DNA of 64,000 nt from Chiloscyllium plagiosum (Eukaryota), in contig NC_057718.1 in assembly GCF_004010195.1 (NCBI RefSeq), positions 87,106,139 to 87,170,138 on the forward strand. The letters run 5' to 3'. The first letter of the stretch is position 1. Every line of letters begins with the position of its first letter. Position numbers and translations under genes: made by a program. Of this stretch, positions 61,021 to 64,000 are shown piece by piece. The notes under the pieces were generated by a model. That model made no database searches and was not told the origin of the DNA. It saw nothing but the letters and a program-made list of their open reading frames with translations.

Positions 61021-62389
61021 AAAGAGTGGTCATAAGATCCTCAGACAGCACCTTCTAAAGCCACAATCACTTCAATTTGGAAGGACAAGGGCAGTGGATA
61101 TATGGGAGCACCACAACCTGCAAGTTTCCCTCCAAGCCATTCACAAAAACAGATCAAACCTGTGAAAGAAAATTGGTGCTTTGTGAAGTGGGGACTTGAA
61201 ACATAGCTGATTTTTGGTCAGTAGAGGAAGGGCCAACCAGAGTGAAGGCAGAGGACAGTTGTGAATGAGACTATTGCTAAAGCAACATTGCCCAGCATTT
61301 GTGGAAGTAATGAGAGACAAGCATTCTGATCTCCCCCATACTGAAAACCACAGTAACCAAATGAGAAGTTTACACAGAGAAATTACATTATAAATTTGGA
61401 ATCTTCACAATAACATGGAGAACTGGACTCTAATCTTCTGTTTTCTGGATAGTTGGAGAATGGATACAGCCTATAAGATGGATGCAGGGACTGCTGGGAA
61501 GTTCTGATACACTGATTACCCAGTAATTGCCCAGGTAGTTGAAAATTCCAATGGGAAACCCTCTCAAAAAACCTTGCACCTGAGTCTTTGGATGATCTTG
61601 ATTTATGTACCTTAATAAAAGATGGAGGATTGATACCTGCTGTAACTTCTGATTGATAATAAAAATTGGAACAGCACCCAACCACCCCACCCCCCACCGC
61701 ATTCCTCCAGTTATCCAAGGACACATCCTTGACTGCCTCCTACTCTTTAAAGGACCATTATATCTACACCCTCCAATCCAACCAGAAGCATCTGGATCCA
61801 GCTTCCCCACATCAACTAACTTGATGCCCAACTTGGATCCAGCCCAGATTGAACCGCACCACCCATGTTTTGCTTCCACCCCACCAATCTCTGGAACCAA
61901 CCTATGAACGTCCCCAACCCACCTCTGAAATAACCCTATCCTTACTATAGACCTGACTACCTCCGCAACTCAACTTGAATCAGCACACCCAACCTCCCTG
62001 TCTCCTCCAGATCCGAACTCCAACCCACCAGACCTGACCCAAACTGACTCCACCCAAACCCCTAACACCCATTCCCAACCTTGCCTAATTAGCCCCCTGC
62101 CCACTTATGTACCTGCTGCCCTAACTCTCCTGTTACTTTGTCCCCCTACTCACCCTTGCCACCTTAACAGCCTTGCCACCCTGCCATCCAGCCCAATCTT
62201 CCATCCTATTCGCCTTGCTACCCTAACTTAACCTGCCATTATGTGTTGATGGTTGCTCTGCTTCGAAGTATTGTAAGAGTGGTATAATGAAGGCTCCAAC
62301 CATAACTTCACTGCTTTTCAATCCTATACCTCTAGAAAGTATCACAGCATTTCATTTGTTATTTTACACTGTATTTGCAAGCGAAATAA

Positions 62390-62995
62390 ATATAGAAGTC
62401 AGAAAGTCATTATTGTTAAATAATTGAAATGTGGAATTGATGAGGTCAGATCTGGAATACTCAGAACAAGTAGGCATCATTAGGTATTTTTTAATAAATG
62501 TCATAAATATGATAGAGGCAGTTAAGAGTATTATTGCTCAACATGAGATGATCTTATGAGGATAAAGTAGACATGCTGGGGCTCTTTCCATTGGAGTTTA
62601 GTAGAATGAGATATGCTATTATTGAGTCACACAAGATCCTGAGAAGAGTAGACAGAATTGATTCTGAAAAGATGCTTTCCCTCATGAAAGAGATTAGAAC
62701 TAGGGATACCATTTAAAAATAAGTGCATTCCCATTAAGATGGAGATGACGAAGATTTTATTTTTATTGGGGGTTGAGAGTCTTTGGAACTCTCTATCCCA
62801 AAGATTGATGTGGACAGAATCATCGAATATTTTTAGGACAGAGGTAAGTAGATTCTTGACTTACAAGGGAGTATTATGGATAGGTGAGAATGTGAAGTTG
62901 AGACTGTAATCAGATCAGCCATGATCGTATTGAATAGTGGAGTAGGCTAGAGGGGCTGAATGGCCTGCTCCTGATTCTAATTTATATGTTCATAT
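62390..62995 (+). mobile_element. Old CR1 3' part
   Basis: LEFSRMR..IESHKIL; tail GGGGCTGAATGGCCTGCTCCTG. Confidence 0.7.
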
Positions 62996-63277
62996 ATTTA
63001 CAGCACAGACACTGGGTATTCAGTTCAACAAGTGCATGCTAGTGTTTTTACTTTATAATTCAGTATTGCTATTTTCGTGATTTGTATGTGAACCTCTCAA
63101 TTCATTTGCTCTTATTGCTCTTACTGTTGTTTTCCAAGTAGCTATATGGCTTTTTTACATTGCCTCACAAATGGCTGCACCTCATACACTAATATTAAAA
63201 TTAACTTTCCAATTATGCACCCATTTTGCAAGTCTATTAATGTCTCCTGTAACACATATTCTTCTGTACCAATACAG

Positions 63278-63371
63278 GGTCAAAACAACACAATTATGTC
63301 AAAACTATCCTGCAGGAAATTTGGAATTTACTGGAATCAGACGTAGAGAATAATGCCTCGTACTTACTTAG
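63278..63371 (+). CDS. ADGB: Androglobin exon (94 nt, phase 1-2), globin A-B helices: SKQHNYVKTILQEIWNLLESDVENNASYLLR
   Basis: atacag| acceptor, AG|gtatga donor. Resembles recalled human TKENISVADTLQKVWAVLEMNLEQYAVSLLR. Confidence 0.9.
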
Positions 63372-64000
63372 GTATGATCCACTGAACACAACTGTGACGT
63401 TCAGATCTCCAAAGATGTTTCTTGAAATCTTGCTCATAATTATTATTTACTATGAAATGTACTTAGAAATGTAAATTGTCTAATCAAAGGTGCTATGGAT
63501 CCACATGGATAGGAGAGGATGTGATTGATGGTGATTAAAATAGAAGCCCAGATTTTAATTCAGGAGCAGTTTCGTGGTTAGGTAATCAGAAACTGGGTTT
63601 ATGTTAGTCCCCCAAAGCATTTAATTGATTTACAGAGGTTTTTCAATTTTTTGGCTGCGGCCTTCTAGATTGAGAGGCTTAACTGATTTCGAAGCACCAA
63701 GATTTAGCCAGAGAGTAGGCAGGGTGAAGGGAGAGCCGATGAATTAGGAACTTTGCATCAATAGGGAATATCAATGCTTTGGAGACACACACTGGAGTGC
63801 GCGGAATGAGGCTTAACAAAGATGACATCAGGTGGGGTGGCTGGATATTACAGTTGGGGGTGAATGGCATGAAACCAGATTGTTGATGAGCCAGAGACAG
63901 TGATGAATCTAGATGGAAAATATACAAAGAATGAGGAAGATTTAGAGACACAGATGTGAGAGCAAATAAGCTAGATTTAGCAGAGGGGCTGGAAGGCATT

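Noticed and set aside
61383..62230. ORFs of 84-156 aa in a C-rich region
   Set aside because: Low-complexity composition, no recognisable domain or phase-compatible splice sites.
63679..63999. 106-aa minus-strand ORF at the window edge
   Set aside because: No recognisable motif; probably a decayed repeat.

Overview
Vertebrate (elasmobranch/shark-like) genomic DNA, judged from HE1-type tRNA-derived SINEs and HER1/CR1 LINEs. The window is the interior of one + strand gene, androglobin (ADGB). I found 8 GT-AG exons (9798-63371, 957 nt) that splice into one stop-free frame. They cover the region upstream of the globin, the circularly permuted globin (E/F and G/H helices, then the IQ motif, then A/B helices) and the IQ linker. 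Compared with human ADGB as I recall it (not database-checked), this copy has His at the distal E7 position where human has Gln, and a degenerate IQ motif. The introns are dense with repeats: a nested stack (solo LTR > full-length L1-clade LINE > CR1 and Penelope-derived inserts), six TSD-flanked, mostly fold-back Penelope-like elements (three with recognisable hammerhead-ribozyme cores), an LTR element with inverted ends, Tigger-like MITEs, a Harbinger Myb/SANT relic and two assembly gaps. Most listed ORFs are repeat-derived or spurious.
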